From a virus: DNA of 64,000 bases. Position 1 is the stretch's first letter, and each line of letters begins with the position of its first letter. Positions 35,490 through 45,459 of the stretch are shown piece by piece. The notes under the pieces were generated by a model, which had not been told where the DNA came from, made no database searches, and saw only the letters and a program-made list of their open reading frames with translations. The translations under genes and the position numbers were made by a program. The stretch covers positions 32,001 through 96,000 of IMG/VR virus record IMGVR_UViG_3300028783_000001; one strand, given 5' to 3'.

Positions 35490-36716
35490 ATGGGCAATTT
35501 CACGTGCGAAGTGGTAGAGGGTGGCGGACTGGTCAAGAAGTGGGATCATGGCGTGGTGTTCGAGGAACAGGCGCAGCAGCAGCTTCGCAACCTCGCAACG
35601 CTTCCGTTTGTGCACAAACACATCGCGGCCATGCCCGACACGCACTGGGGGATGGGAGCAACAATCGGATCGGTGATCGCGACGCGCGGCGCAATCGTGC
35701 CAGCCGCCGTGGGAGTTGATATCGGTTGTGGAATGATGGCCTATCGCTTGTCACTTACGGCAAACGATCTTCCTGACAACCTACACGCGATTCGTTCGGC
35801 AATTGAAAACGCTGTGCCTCATGGTCGCACAAACAACGGTGGTCCCGGCGACCGTGGTGCGTGGCACGACGTCACCGATGTTAACAAGGATCGCTGGGAC
35901 CGGCTTAAGGCGCGTCACGATGAGATTGTCGCCAAGCATCCTGGAGCGGATAGCCGCAATAAGGTGAAGCACCTCGGCTCACTCGGCACGGGAAACCACT
36001 TCATTGAGATTTGCCTAGACGAGGACGACCGCGTGTGGGTAATGCTGCACTCTGGGTCGCGCGGTGCCGGCAACCGCATCGGCGTCTACTTCATCAACAA
36101 GGCCAAGGAGGAGATGCAGAAGTATTTCATCGACAAGTATTTGCCGGATCGGGACCTGTCCTACCTCGTCGAGCATACAGACCTGTTCGACGACTACGTG
36201 GAGGCGGTCGAGTGGGCGCAAGACTTCGCTAGCGCCAACCGCGAGGCGATGATGGAAGCTACGTTGACCGTGCTGCGAGCATGGCTGCCACCGTTCACCG
36301 TGGACCCAGAGATGGCTGTAAGCTGTCACCACAACTACATCTCGCGCGAGAACCATTATGGTAAAAATGTAATCGTCACGCGCAAGGGCGCGGTGCGGGC
36401 TCGGACGACCGACCTCGGCATCATCCCCGGCTCGATGGGGACGGGATCGTTTATCGTGCGTGGCAAAGGTAGTCAGGATTCCTTCTGCTCGTGCTCGCAT
36501 GGTGCTGGTAGATCGATGAGTCGTACTCAGGCTCACAATACGATCACGCTTGAGGAACACGCGAAGGCGATGGAAGGGATTGAAGCCCGACTCGACAAGG
36601 ACGTTATCGATGAGTCGCCCGCCGCATACAAGGACATCAACGCGGTCATGAACGCCCAGACAGACCTCGTCGAAATCATCCATACGTTACGCCAGGTACT
36701 GAACGTTAAGGGGTAA
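35490..36716 (+). CDS. rtcB: RtcB family 3'-phosphate/5'-OH RNA ligase
   Basis: MPDTHWG, VGVDIGCG, GSLGTGNHF, HSGSRG, HHNY, RKGA, IPGSMG, SHGAGR, DESPAAYK. Confidence 0.96.
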   Translation: MGNFTCEVVEGGGLVKKWDHGVVFEEQAQQQLRNLATLPFVHKHIAAMPDTHWGMGATIGSVIATRGAIVPAAVGVDIGCGMMAYRLSLTANDLPDNLHAIRSAIENAVPHGRTNNGGPGDRGAWHDVTDVNKDRWDRLKARHDEIVAKHPGADSRNKVKHLGSLGTGNHFIEICLDEDDRVWVMLHSGSRGAGNRIGVYFINKAKEEMQKYFIDKYLPDRDLSYLVEHTDLFDDYVEAVEWAQDFASANREAMMEATLTVLRAWLPPFTVDPEMAVSCHHNYISRENHYGKNVIVTRKGAVRARTTDLGIIPGSMGTGSFIVRGKGSQDSFCSCSHGAGRSMSRTQAHNTITLEEHAKAMEGIEARLDKDVIDESPAAYKDINAVMNAQTDLVEIIHTLRQVLNVKG

Positions 36717-36990
36717 CGACTATGTTTGGAAACGAATGGGACGACTACCTACAAGCTCTCAATGTTGAGAGACAGCTTAGGTACCAGCTGGATGATTGCT
36801 TCCTCGTCTCGACTAATAACCCGCCTCACGATTCCCATGATCGTCGACGCATATCTGGGGAGGTTTTGTAGATGATCCACGACGACTGTGTCTTGACCGT
36901 GCTGTATGAAACCCAGCGTTGTCAGATGGTGGTATTTGTCCTGGTAGCAGCCATTGTATTGATGGCGACAATAAACTTTTTTGGGAGAAG

Positions 36991-37905
36991 ATGATGGCTA
37001 CATCAGCCGATGACTTAGAGCAGCAGTTAATCCAGCGGCTGATGTCAGCTCGTGCTACTGGTGCCTCCGTGCGATGCGCCCCGATGCTCGTCCTTAGTAG
37101 CGAGGATATTGAAATAATCATTGATGCGTTTCATGACCGCAACGATTATTTAGCTGCCATGAACCACTATGGCGACCTTGCGTTTGTCGACAACAATTCT
37201 GAGTCGCTAAAGACGTGGCGGGGCGTTGCCGAGGACATGGCGGCTGAGATGGCATCTATGCAATCTCTGATCGACGCTTATGAGGACGCCGATGACGACT
37301 CTTGGTGTGAGACTCAGGAAGTTATCAATGAGGACGACATAATTGGAGACCTCGACTGCGACAATGACGACGAGCTGGAGGAACCATTCAACGACTTGTT
37401 TACGGAGCGTCGCGCGCATATTGAGACTGAGAAAGTATTACGCACGGCAGTGCTCAACATGATGGATGGCGTAGCTAAGGACAAGGCAATTGCATACCTA
37501 GGGTTGTTGGTCCTCAAGCGTGAGGCAGACGGCATTGATGAGAATGCATACCCGCATGAGTTCACCAAGTCGCTTCTTAAGCAGATTGCCGATTTTGATG
37601 AGGCCGAGCGTCGCGGCGAGGTTCGGACGTTTACCACTCTCGATGAATTTTTCGAGGAGATGGATCAGGAGGACTCTGCTCCAGAAGACTTCGTACTTAA
37701 TAAGTTTACGGTATCGTCTGGTACATTTAAAGTCGGTGACGACTTTTTGAAGTTGCCGTCGGATGAACCCGCTATGGAATCCGAACTTACCCCTGAGGAA
37801 GAGGCCGAGCGTGATGCGATGATTGCTGGACTTACCGAAGATGAGCAGCTAGCCTATGGTGTGATGCAATTCTCAATGGCCGCTGACCGTCAGCGGAGGA
37901 GCTGA
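36991..37905 (+). CDS. highly acidic hypothetical protein
   Basis: GGGAG SD; D/E-rich. Confidence 0.7.
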   Translation: MMATSADDLEQQLIQRLMSARATGASVRCAPMLVLSSEDIEIIIDAFHDRNDYLAAMNHYGDLAFVDNNSESLKTWRGVAEDMAAEMASMQSLIDAYEDADDDSWCETQEVINEDDIIGDLDCDNDDELEEPFNDLFTERRAHIETEKVLRTAVLNMMDGVAKDKAIAYLGLLVLKREADGIDENAYPHEFTKSLLKQIADFDEAERRGEVRTFTTLDEFFEEMDQEDSAPEDFVLNKFTVSSGTFKVGDDFLKLPSDEPAMESELTPEEEAERDAMIAGLTEDEQLAYGVMQFSMAADRQRRS

Positions 37906-37907
37906 TT

Positions 37908-38315
37908 ATGGACGACCTCATAAACCCGGCTATGCAGATACTCGGCTATACCCTATTCACGTTGCTGATGGCCCTAGTGGCAATCGCCTTCTTCAAGACT
38001 GTAGATCAATCCATCGCTACTTTCCGTGAGTGGTGTGGATCGCGAGTGACTCCAGTAGAGCAGGCACCTCTAGCCAAACCACCAGTTTATTCACTAATCT
38101 TCAACACCAACCGCATGGATGCAATCTACGTAATCCCTTCCGGTGATGGAATCGACGAGGGGTTGGAGTGGTCTCTCGATGTTAAGAGTGTCGATATAAT
38201 ACGCTCACTGTTTGACCAGTGGGCCATGCGTAAGAGTATGGAGAAGCACGACGCCAAACTTATTACAGAGCATCCTCAAACTGATGCTCTGGGAATCCTA
38301 GATGGACAAAGCTAA
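37908..38315 (+). CDS. membrane-anchored hypothetical protein
   Basis: N-terminal TM segment; GGAGGAG SD. Confidence 0.65.
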   Translation: MDDLINPAMQILGYTLFTLLMALVAIAFFKTVDQSIATFREWCGSRVTPVEQAPLAKPPVYSLIFNTNRMDAIYVIPSGDGIDEGLEWSLDVKSVDIIRSLFDQWAMRKSMEKHDAKLITEHPQTDALGILDGQS

Positions 38316-40432
38316 TGGAAATGCTAGATACCGTCGCCCTGCACAGCTTTGCAGCGAACCACCATACAGAGGGACGTCTCGTAGACGCCGAACGAATCTA
38401 CCAGACTCTGCTTCGAATCGATCCATGCGATCACGTGACGCTACACGCGCTAGGCGTTATAGCTTATCAAAACGGCGACAACAAGAGCGCGTCCGACTTC
38501 ATAAATGCAGCGATCATCGTCGACGATTCAATCGTCGTGTATCACTTCCACCACGGTGTGGCTCTACAGCTACTGGGCAACTTCGACGCCGCCAAGGCTC
38601 GTTACGAGCACGCGATTAGGATGCAGCCTGTCTACGCAGACGCCTACAACAACCTTGCCTTCATCCACTTCACCAGTGCTGCCTTCGACAAGGCGGAGGC
38701 CTGCTTCAGGCAGGTGCTAGAGTGGATTCCAAACGCCGCTGAGGTTCACAGCAATCTGGGCAATACGCTCGGTGCTCAATTGAAATACAACGAGGCAGTG
38801 GAGGCGTATGATCGAGCGATTGCCCTGCAGCCGAGATATCCAGACGCATGGTACAACCGTGGCAACGCCCTGGTAGAACTCGACCAGCTATCTGCCGCAG
38901 TGGAGTCGTATAGGTCGGCAATCCGACTTGATCCAAACTACGTCAAGGCCCATAACAACATGGGCAACGTACTCATGTTAATGGGACGCATCGATGAGGC
39001 AAAGACGACGTTTGAAGATGTCCTACGCATTGATCCAACCTACGTTGACGCTCTAAGTAACCTCGCAGGAGCTCATCAAGGTAGTGGCAACAGTGCTGCC
39101 GCAGGCGAGGCAAGGGCTGCCGTTCTAGCAATCGACCCGACGCACATTAGCGCGTTTAGCAACACCATGATGATGCTGCAGTACCAGCCAAATAGCGTCG
39201 ATGAGCGAATTGCATGCGCGCACAGGTTTGGTGAGATGATCGACCGGGAGGATGCAGTCCCACCAATCCCCCACGACCTTTCCCCCAAACGTAAGCTGCG
39301 GATCGGCTACGTCTCCGCAAACCTGTGCCATCACCCGGTTGGGTTCCTGATGACGCGCGTCCTCGCCGCACATGACAAGGACAGGTTTGACATCTACTGC
39401 TACATGAGCGGCTCGCGACGTGATGATACCGCGCGCAGGATATACGATGACTGCACCCAGTGGCGGGTGATATTCCCCTTGTCAGACGATCAAGCTGCCG
39501 CAATGATTCGCTCAGACGACGTGGACATCCTCGTTGACCTAGACGGCCATACCGGAGGCAACCGTCTGGGCGTGTTTACGATGCGTCCGGCACCAATCCA
39601 GGTGAGCTGGCTAGGCTACATGGGAACTACCGGCCTCTCGGCAATGGACTACATCCTGATGGATGAAGCTACCGTTCCTCGCGTCGAACATGAATGGTTC
39701 TCTGAGGAGATTGTTCGCCTCCCATACGGGCGCTTCTGCTACGAGGCAATGTCTGGAACCCCAGACGAAGCGCCTCCGCCCTGCCTGGAAAATGGTTTTA
39801 TAACCTTCGGTTCGTTTAACAACCCCACTAAGTACAACGCCGACGTCATTGCACTGTGGTGTAGAGTTTTGCTGGTGGTGCCAAACTCGCGCATGCTCAT
39901 CAAGTGGCGGTCGCTGCAAGACGCCGGTGGATTGCGCGACAAGCTCATGGGATGGTTTGCAGACGGCGGCGTAGATGGGAGCCGCGTCGAGCTTCGCGGC
40001 TGGTCCAATCACGAAGATACGATGCGCGAGTATGCCGACGTCGACATCGCGCTAGACCCGTTTCCATTTAGCGGCGGTCTGACTAGCATGGAGGCGCTGT
40101 GGATGGGGGTTCCCGTCATCACGCTTCCTGGAGTCCAGCCGGCGTCGCGCCAGACGCTAAGCATGCTACAGGTAATTGGGTTACTAGGAACGATTGCTAC
40201 AAGCGAGGATCACTACGTCTCTATTGCAATAAACCTAGCCGGCGACTTAGATGGGTTGAGGCTGCGTCGCGAGGTACAGCGCGACAAGATGGAAGCGTCT
40301 CCTATGTGCGACGGTGAGTTATTTACCGGAGCGCTAGAAGTTGTCTACCGTGAGATGTGGTGGCACTACGTGGGGAGGGGTTCTAAGTCGATTGCGGGTG
40401 CACGCAGCAAGCCAACGGGACTGAGTAAATAG
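38315..40432 (+). CDS. TPR-containing O-linked glycosyltransferase, GT41 (OGT/SPINDLY-like)
   Basis: About 8 TPRs; RIGYVS...HPV, DILVDLDGHT, RPAPIQVSWLGYMGTTG, FGSFNN..K, DIALDPFPFSGGLTSMEALWMGVPV. Confidence 0.93.
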   Translation: MEMLDTVALHSFAANHHTEGRLVDAERIYQTLLRIDPCDHVTLHALGVIAYQNGDNKSASDFINAAIIVDDSIVVYHFHHGVALQLLGNFDAAKARYEHAIRMQPVYADAYNNLAFIHFTSAAFDKAEACFRQVLEWIPNAAEVHSNLGNTLGAQLKYNEAVEAYDRAIALQPRYPDAWYNRGNALVELDQLSAAVESYRSAIRLDPNYVKAHNNMGNVLMLMGRIDEAKTTFEDVLRIDPTYVDALSNLAGAHQGSGNSAAAGEARAAVLAIDPTHISAFSNTMMMLQYQPNSVDERIACAHRFGEMIDREDAVPPIPHDLSPKRKLRIGYVSANLCHHPVGFLMTRVLAAHDKDRFDIYCYMSGSRRDDTARRIYDDCTQWRVIFPLSDDQAAAMIRSDDVDILVDLDGHTGGNRLGVFTMRPAPIQVSWLGYMGTTGLSAMDYILMDEATVPRVEHEWFSEEIVRLPYGRFCYEAMSGTPDEAPPPCLENGFITFGSFNNPTKYNADVIALWCRVLLVVPNSRMLIKWRSLQDAGGLRDKLMGWFADGGVDGSRVELRGWSNHEDTMREYADVDIALDPFPFSGGLTSMEALWMGVPVITLPGVQPASRQTLSMLQVIGLLGTIATSEDHYVSIAINLAGDLDGLRLRREVQRDKMEASPMCDGELFTGALEVVYREMWWHYVGRGSKSIAGARSKPTGLSK

Positions 40433-40443
40433 GGAGAACGAAC

Positions 40444-40635
40444 ATGATGTTTGAATCCAGGTTTGACATTGGTGCGCGGGTGTGGATCGACGCCGACCGA
40501 ACACTGATTGGGGTGGTGTCCGGGTTCCTATGGAGAGTCGAAAAACCACAAGTTGAGGTGTGTTGGTTCCATAGCGGGACTCACCATAGCGAATGGATTG
40601 CCGAGTGGCGACTGACTCTGGTCAGGGGAGAGTAA
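40444..40635 (+). CDS. small SH3-like hypothetical protein
   Basis: Follows TGAGTAAATA; FDIGARV...VCWF. Confidence 0.6.
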   Translation: MMFESRFDIGARVWIDADRTLIGVVSGFLWRVEKPQVEVCWFHSGTHHSEWIAEWRLTLVRGE

Positions 40636-40952
40636 GCATGACAACAGGTAATCAATTAGCCGATGTATTGGTGGCGATTCAGACAGTGGGAATTGTAAGC
40701 ATAGTGCTCATACTGGCAAACTTGTTCATCAACCGTCTTGGCAAGCGGACAAAGAGTGCGGAAGTACGGCTTGCAACATCGGACCTCAAGACGCTCTACG
40801 TCCAGATTGGAGGTGGCCTAGGCTCCCCAGAGGACGGTAAGTCTTGTGCGTTTGTATACCTCGATGAGGCTGCGGCGGTACGGCTGCGTGACCAGATTAG
40901 CCTCTGGCTCGATATCAAAAATAATGCTAGAAAAGAAGGACGGGTAGAATGA
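40593..40952 (+). CDS. membrane-anchored hypothetical protein (start ~40638)
   Basis: TM segment plus a C-terminal helix similar to the next gene. Confidence 0.6.
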   Translation: MDCRVATDSGQGRVSMTTGNQLADVLVAIQTVGIVSIVLILANLFINRLGKRTKSAEVRLATSDLKTLYVQIGGGLGSPEDGKSCAFVYLDEAAAVRLRDQISLWLDIKNNARKEGRVE

Positions 40953-41242
40953 TCATGTGTCAAGTCCCAGAGTGGCTAACGTTTATCGAGGGCGTGACGG
41001 CCGGTGTGTTCGTCGCCCTCATGTTCCACCTAATCTCTATCACAAGCAAGGCGTTACCAAAGCATATTGTAATGAGCGTAAATGATAGTGATCCAAATGA
41101 GTTTTGTATTGGGTTTGAGAACCGTGAGTCCGGCAAGCCGGTAAATACTCAGGGAATCGCACTATCAGAGAATATTGCCTACATGCTTCGCAATGATCTT
41201 GATGCGTGGCTCTTGAACAAGGCAAAGGCAAGGGTTGACTGA
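40949..41242 (+). CDS. membrane-anchored hypothetical protein
   Basis: TM segment; LRNDLDAWL resembles LRDQISLWL of the previous gene. Confidence 0.6.
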   Translation: MIMCQVPEWLTFIEGVTAGVFVALMFHLISITSKALPKHIVMSVNDSDPNEFCIGFENRESGKPVNTQGIALSENIAYMLRNDLDAWLLNKAKARVD

Positions 41243-41610
41243 TGAGCACGAGCAAATACATAAATAATACCATGCGCCTGTTGTCCCGCGCGACAACGAT
41301 GTTGCTAGATGTATCCAGTTCAGACTGGAGAGCGTTTCGTCAGAGCCAGATACAGGAAGCAAAGAAGGTTCTTCATGAGGCATTGGAGCAGCTAACCCAT
41401 GCAGAGGTTGCGCTTGGGGAGGAAAAGGAATGATCAATGGACAGCCTACCGAATATCGCAAGGACGCAATGCCATTCATCAAATGGAAGCACATCGACGG
41501 ACCAGTGCTAGTACTTCGCGACGGTCGTATGTAATGGCTAACGTGGTGGGACCGCTTCCAGCTATGGTTGGGAGTCTTAGATGCGGAGAGCCTAGAAAGA
41601 GAGATCCAGC

Positions 41611-41907
41611 ATGCGAAATGGTTCTGACGGTGTGTGGTCGACCATCAGCTGGATCTTGGTCGCGATGTTCGTCGTCGGCTACATGTGGTTAATAACCACG
41701 CCAGCACACGCAGCGAATAGTGAGCCGGTGTGGCGCGGCGATTACCTGCGCGCCTGCCCTTCGGTAACATACCCAGATGGTATCTTCTGCGTGCCCTATG
41801 ATCAAAACGGTCCCAGGGTCATGCCTATAGGAGCAGACGGATGCTTGCCCAATTTCAAGTTGGACACAGGTTGGTGCGTAGAACGCCTGAATCCTACTAC
41901 TGAGTAA
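41611..41907 (+). CDS. secreted Cys-containing small protein
   Basis: Signal-like segment ending PAHA, four Cys. Confidence 0.55.
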   Translation: MRNGSDGVWSTISWILVAMFVVGYMWLITTPAHAANSEPVWRGDYLRACPSVTYPDGIFCVPYDQNGPRVMPIGADGCLPNFKLDTGWCVERLNPTTE

Positions 41908-42180
41908 ATAAAGGTTGAGGAAACGCTCAGGTGAGGGTACCCAAAACTCAAAAGAGGTATCCCACTATGAACATTGCATGCTTCAAAGACACGGCCATAA
42001 TCACAGTCGTTGCTGGTGTAGTGCTGGTAACGGCTGCTGCTATAACAACCAGGGTTGGAATCATCCCGGAGGGTGCCGCTTTCAAAAGCACCCAGCATTG
42101 GGTAGTTCGCGACGGCTGGACGCCTCCACGGACTGGCAATACCAAGGACTAGGGCAACTCAAATCATGTAGGAGACTCCC

Positions 42181-42657
42181 ATGACTATAGATGGTACGCC
42201 GAAGATCATGTTGCTGGCACACACCTACGGTGATATACCCACTGACATATGGATAGGGCTTATCATAGCATTCTTCCTGCTCCTAGTGTCCATCCTGTTC
42301 GCGTGGATAGTTTCGTTTCATAAACCGAAACGGCTACCGAGAACGGTAGCCGAACTTCGCGCTGAGGTCCTGGAACGCCACGATAAGCTTGGTGAGGATA
42401 TCTGTAGTCAGATTCTAGAACGCCGCCGCGCCGGCAACGCGATGATGTTCGACAGCACAGGTAAGCTGACGTATGCGCCGGCTCGGAGCTACAGCGTCGG
42501 TGACGACATCAAGTGGAAGAGCGATTACGCTTGGGGTAACACCAAAAGTGGTGATGACTTTCTTTGGGGAAAGATAATCGCCATTAAGGACGACGTCTTG
42601 TGGGTCACAGGGTATGAACGTGGTGCACTGATTCACAAGTCGCAGATAGTGGAGTAG
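42181..42657 (+). CDS. membrane-anchored hypothetical protein
   Basis: AGGAG SD, TM segment. Confidence 0.65.
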   Translation: MTIDGTPKIMLLAHTYGDIPTDIWIGLIIAFFLLLVSILFAWIVSFHKPKRLPRTVAELRAEVLERHDKLGEDICSQILERRRAGNAMMFDSTGKLTYAPARSYSVGDDIKWKSDYAWGNTKSGDDFLWGKIIAIKDDVLWVTGYERGALIHKSQIVE

Positions 42658-43365
42658 GACAATGCTCAGAATCCTAGCTACGTTGATAGTCGCGGTAAAC
42701 GCATTCGCACTATCCTTCATGACAGCGCTGACGCCAGAGATAGAGCGTAGCACGTTTACGCGCGGTGGCAGCATCGCTACGTTTGACGGTGCCTATCGCG
42801 CGACTACACTTCTGGTCATGAATCACTATCATCCAGTAGCGATGTGGACCATCGTTGGAGTAGCTGCCGGCGCGGTGCTTGCGATATGGAGCTGGCCAAT
42901 CCTAAACTTCTTGGGAGTGAAGCGATGAAAAATACGGTAGGCGAGCTTATCAAGGATCTAGACCAGCAGGCAATTGGTGCAATGGTGCGAGTGTTTGGAA
43001 AGTCGGATACCATTGCGATCATGTTTCACAACGAGCGTGCAGCGGCAGAATACCACTGGCACGACGATACAGTGGCCTTGGTCCTTGCAAGAATCAAAGC
43101 CTCGGTTGAGGATGCTCCTCTGAACGTGGATGGTGGACCATGAGTTATGCAAGATCATATCGTTGGCTGGCGGTAGACGGTCGGATGCACACGGCGACCG
43201 TCAGTAGCTACATGCGGAAGTCGGACTGCTGTGAAGACGTCGACCAGGCCGCATTGAACCTGGCAAGAGCAAACGGGTACCGTGGTGAGCCGCAGCCCAA
43301 GACGTGGATCGGCGTATGGTGGCTACAGATGCGTGGTCTGTGGAATGCATTGAGGGAGAAGAAGC

Positions 43366-43737
43366 ATGCTTGATCTTACCAAACCAGTTCAGACGCGGGG
43401 TGGATTACCCGCACGAATCGTGTGCACCGATATCAAGGGTAACTATCCGATAATGGCGCTGGTCCTTCGCGATGGAGCAGAGTTTCCAACTACACATCTT
43501 CCTGATGGACGATGGCATGTAACTTATGAGCATAGTGATAAGGATCTCATAAACGTTCCAGAGAAGCGAGTCGCCTACGCAAACGTCTACAAGACCTATA
43601 TTGGCGATACCCACGAAACGCTCGACCTGGCGCAAGTTGTGGCTAGATGTGCTTTCGATGATGGGCACTTAGGCACAATCAAACTCACTTTTGAGGGAGC
43701 CCAACTCAAAGACGTCTGCGTAGTGAGCAAGCCATGA
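43366..43737 (+). CDS. hypothetical phage protein (KPVQTRGG..ARIVCTD motif)
   Basis: Motif typical of proteobacterial phage hypotheticals. Confidence 0.65.
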   Translation: MLDLTKPVQTRGGLPARIVCTDIKGNYPIMALVLRDGAEFPTTHLPDGRWHVTYEHSDKDLINVPEKRVAYANVYKTYIGDTHETLDLAQVVARCAFDDGHLGTIKLTFEGAQLKDVCVVSKP

Positions 43738-43942
43738 AGGTTAAAGAGATTCGCTTCGACGTGAGGGCTACCATAAATATGGGGTCGTATGAATCACTCG
43801 TATTCGAGTATGGGGAGGTGCTCGACGTGTCCGACGAACCAGGTGTCTCAGAGATTCGGCGTAGACTACGTCATCGCTGCAAGGCTGTGGTTGAGCAGGA
43901 AATCGCAGCGGCACGGGCCGACGTCAAGAAGGTTGATAAGCG

Positions 43943-44221
43943 ATGACTGACGTCAAGTGGGACCCCTTGGGAGATGAGGATGTAATCCCAGTCGCGGTGG
44001 TTCTCCTGAAGTTTGATCAGCAAAGCTCGTTTGGGTGGGCAGACGGATATATAAGAAGTCAGTATCAGACTGAGCATTCTGGAGATTGTACCCATCATCC
44101 GTGGACCTGCTCACGCTGCGCGTGCGATAAATTTATGGGAAAGGCTCGAAAACTGTTAGCCGAGATGGAAGCCTCAGAGCTTGGTGGGGACCTAACGTTT
44201 GTCGCTATGGTAGATGATTGA
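43943..44221 (+). CDS. hypothetical protein (HSGDCT...CSRC)
   Basis: ATGA overlap. Confidence 0.6.
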   Translation: MTDVKWDPLGDEDVIPVAVVLLKFDQQSSFGWADGYIRSQYQTEHSGDCTHHPWTCSRCACDKFMGKARKLLAEMEASELGGDLTFVAMVDD

Positions 44222-44319
44222 GGACGCAATGGACAAGAAGCAATACGACATCAATACCGAGGAACTGGACGTAACCGTGAGAAGCGTGAGACGAGTTGTT
44301 TATTGAGGGAGACAAGGCG

Positions 44320-44790
44320 ATGCAGCATGAACGGGAGGCAGGTGCTCCTGTTGTTCACAAGCCATACCACGTGGACACATTAGGAGCGCCGTTTAAAGTC
44401 ATCCTTAAAAATGGGGTGAAGTTTGGCGTGGACAAAGAAACTGGCGAAGAGACCGTGTCCATTCCCGACACGATAGGTCTTATCAACGCTGTCGTGCGGG
44501 CCAGAGTTTGCCATGCTAGAAAGCTGAACGGAGAAGAAATCAAATTCCTGCGGAAGGCCGTGGGTGTCCGCGCAAAAGTGCTCGCGGAATTTTTGGATAT
44601 GACCCCAGAGCATTTTTCACGCTGCGAAAATGGTATGAAGACCATGTCCGTCCAGAGTGAAAAGCAGTTCCGTATTTCTGCCTATTTGGCGTCGATGTTG
44701 GAAACTCCTGAGGACATGTTCAATCGCAATATTCCCAAGCCAAAACTGCCAAGCAATGTGGCAAAAAAGATTGCCGCGATGATGGCATAG
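44320..44790 (+). CDS. XRE-HTH protein resembling MqsA/HigA-type antitoxins
   Basis: LNGEEIKFLRKAVG...LAEFL...EHFSRCENG. Confidence 0.75.
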   Translation: MQHEREAGAPVVHKPYHVDTLGAPFKVILKNGVKFGVDKETGEETVSIPDTIGLINAVVRARVCHARKLNGEEIKFLRKAVGVRAKVLAEFLDMTPEHFSRCENGMKTMSVQSEKQFRISAYLASMLETPEDMFNRNIPKPKLPSNVAKKIAAMMA

Positions 44791-44840
44791 GGCCGCTTAT
44801 TAGTCGAGTATATAGTCGCGTAATTTAACGGGAGGTCGTA

Positions 44841-45059
44841 GTGGTCAAGGCGGGATCAGCTGAAGAGGCGGCACTTTATTACTTCGAAGATTGGAAGATA
44901 AACGACATAACAGGAGTCGGCAACGTTCAGTATGTTCACATGACGCGCACGGCTTATGGCCTGCACATGGAACAGACGTTGCAAGCCACACACCTAGGAT
45001 CTGGAAACTGGCAGGTGCTCGTGAGCCACGTTCCAGAGACGCGAAAGATAATCAGTTAA
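44841..45059 (+). CDS. hypothetical protein
   Basis: GGGAGG SD + GTG. Confidence 0.5.
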   Translation: MVKAGSAEEAALYYFEDWKINDITGVGNVQYVHMTRTAYGLHMEQTLQATHLGSGNWQVLVSHVPETRKIIS

Positions 45060-45069
45060 TGTCGACGAC

Positions 45070-45106
45070 AAAACCCCGCTGGATTGCTCCAGCGGGGTTT
45101 TCTTTT
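45070..45106. terminator. Bidirectional Rho-independent terminator at the convergence point
   Basis: AAAACCCCGCTGGA-ttgc-TCCAGCGGGGTTTTCTTTT. Confidence 0.92.
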
Positions 45107-45116
45107 GCCTAGAATA

Positions 45117-45425
45117 TTATCCTGCGCCTAATGGAAGCCCGACCGTCTGGCGTTTGGTGCGCCCACCCAATGTGGTGATTGTGCATTGGAGAAGTGCCAT
45201 TGGCTGCGACTGCACATTATAACCACCTGAGATCCAGACGATCACCTTCTTTCCGTCTGGTGAAATTGAGTCATTGAAGGCTCGCAATCCAACAGGGGCG
45301 TCCCAGTGAACTGATATGATGGTATCCCCTGGATCGAGCCACGACGCGAAGTTTAGGCAGTAGTCAAGCGTATCACGTATGTCATGCAAAGGCCAATGCG
45401 GATAATTAGATAGCAAGTCGGACAT
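45117..45425 (-). CDS. small virion structural / fibre-associated protein
   Basis: LDYCLNFASWL..GDTI.S...VWISGG...CTITT..GR pattern; AGGAG SD. Confidence 0.65.
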   Translation of the reverse strand: MSDLLSNYPHWPLHDIRDTLDYCLNFASWLDPGDTIISVHWDAPVGLRAFNDSISPDGKKVIVWISGGYNVQSQPMALLQCTITTLGGRTKRQTVGLPLGAG

Positions 45426-45459
45426 GGCAAAACTCCTAGGGTTTCACTAAAAATTGGTA

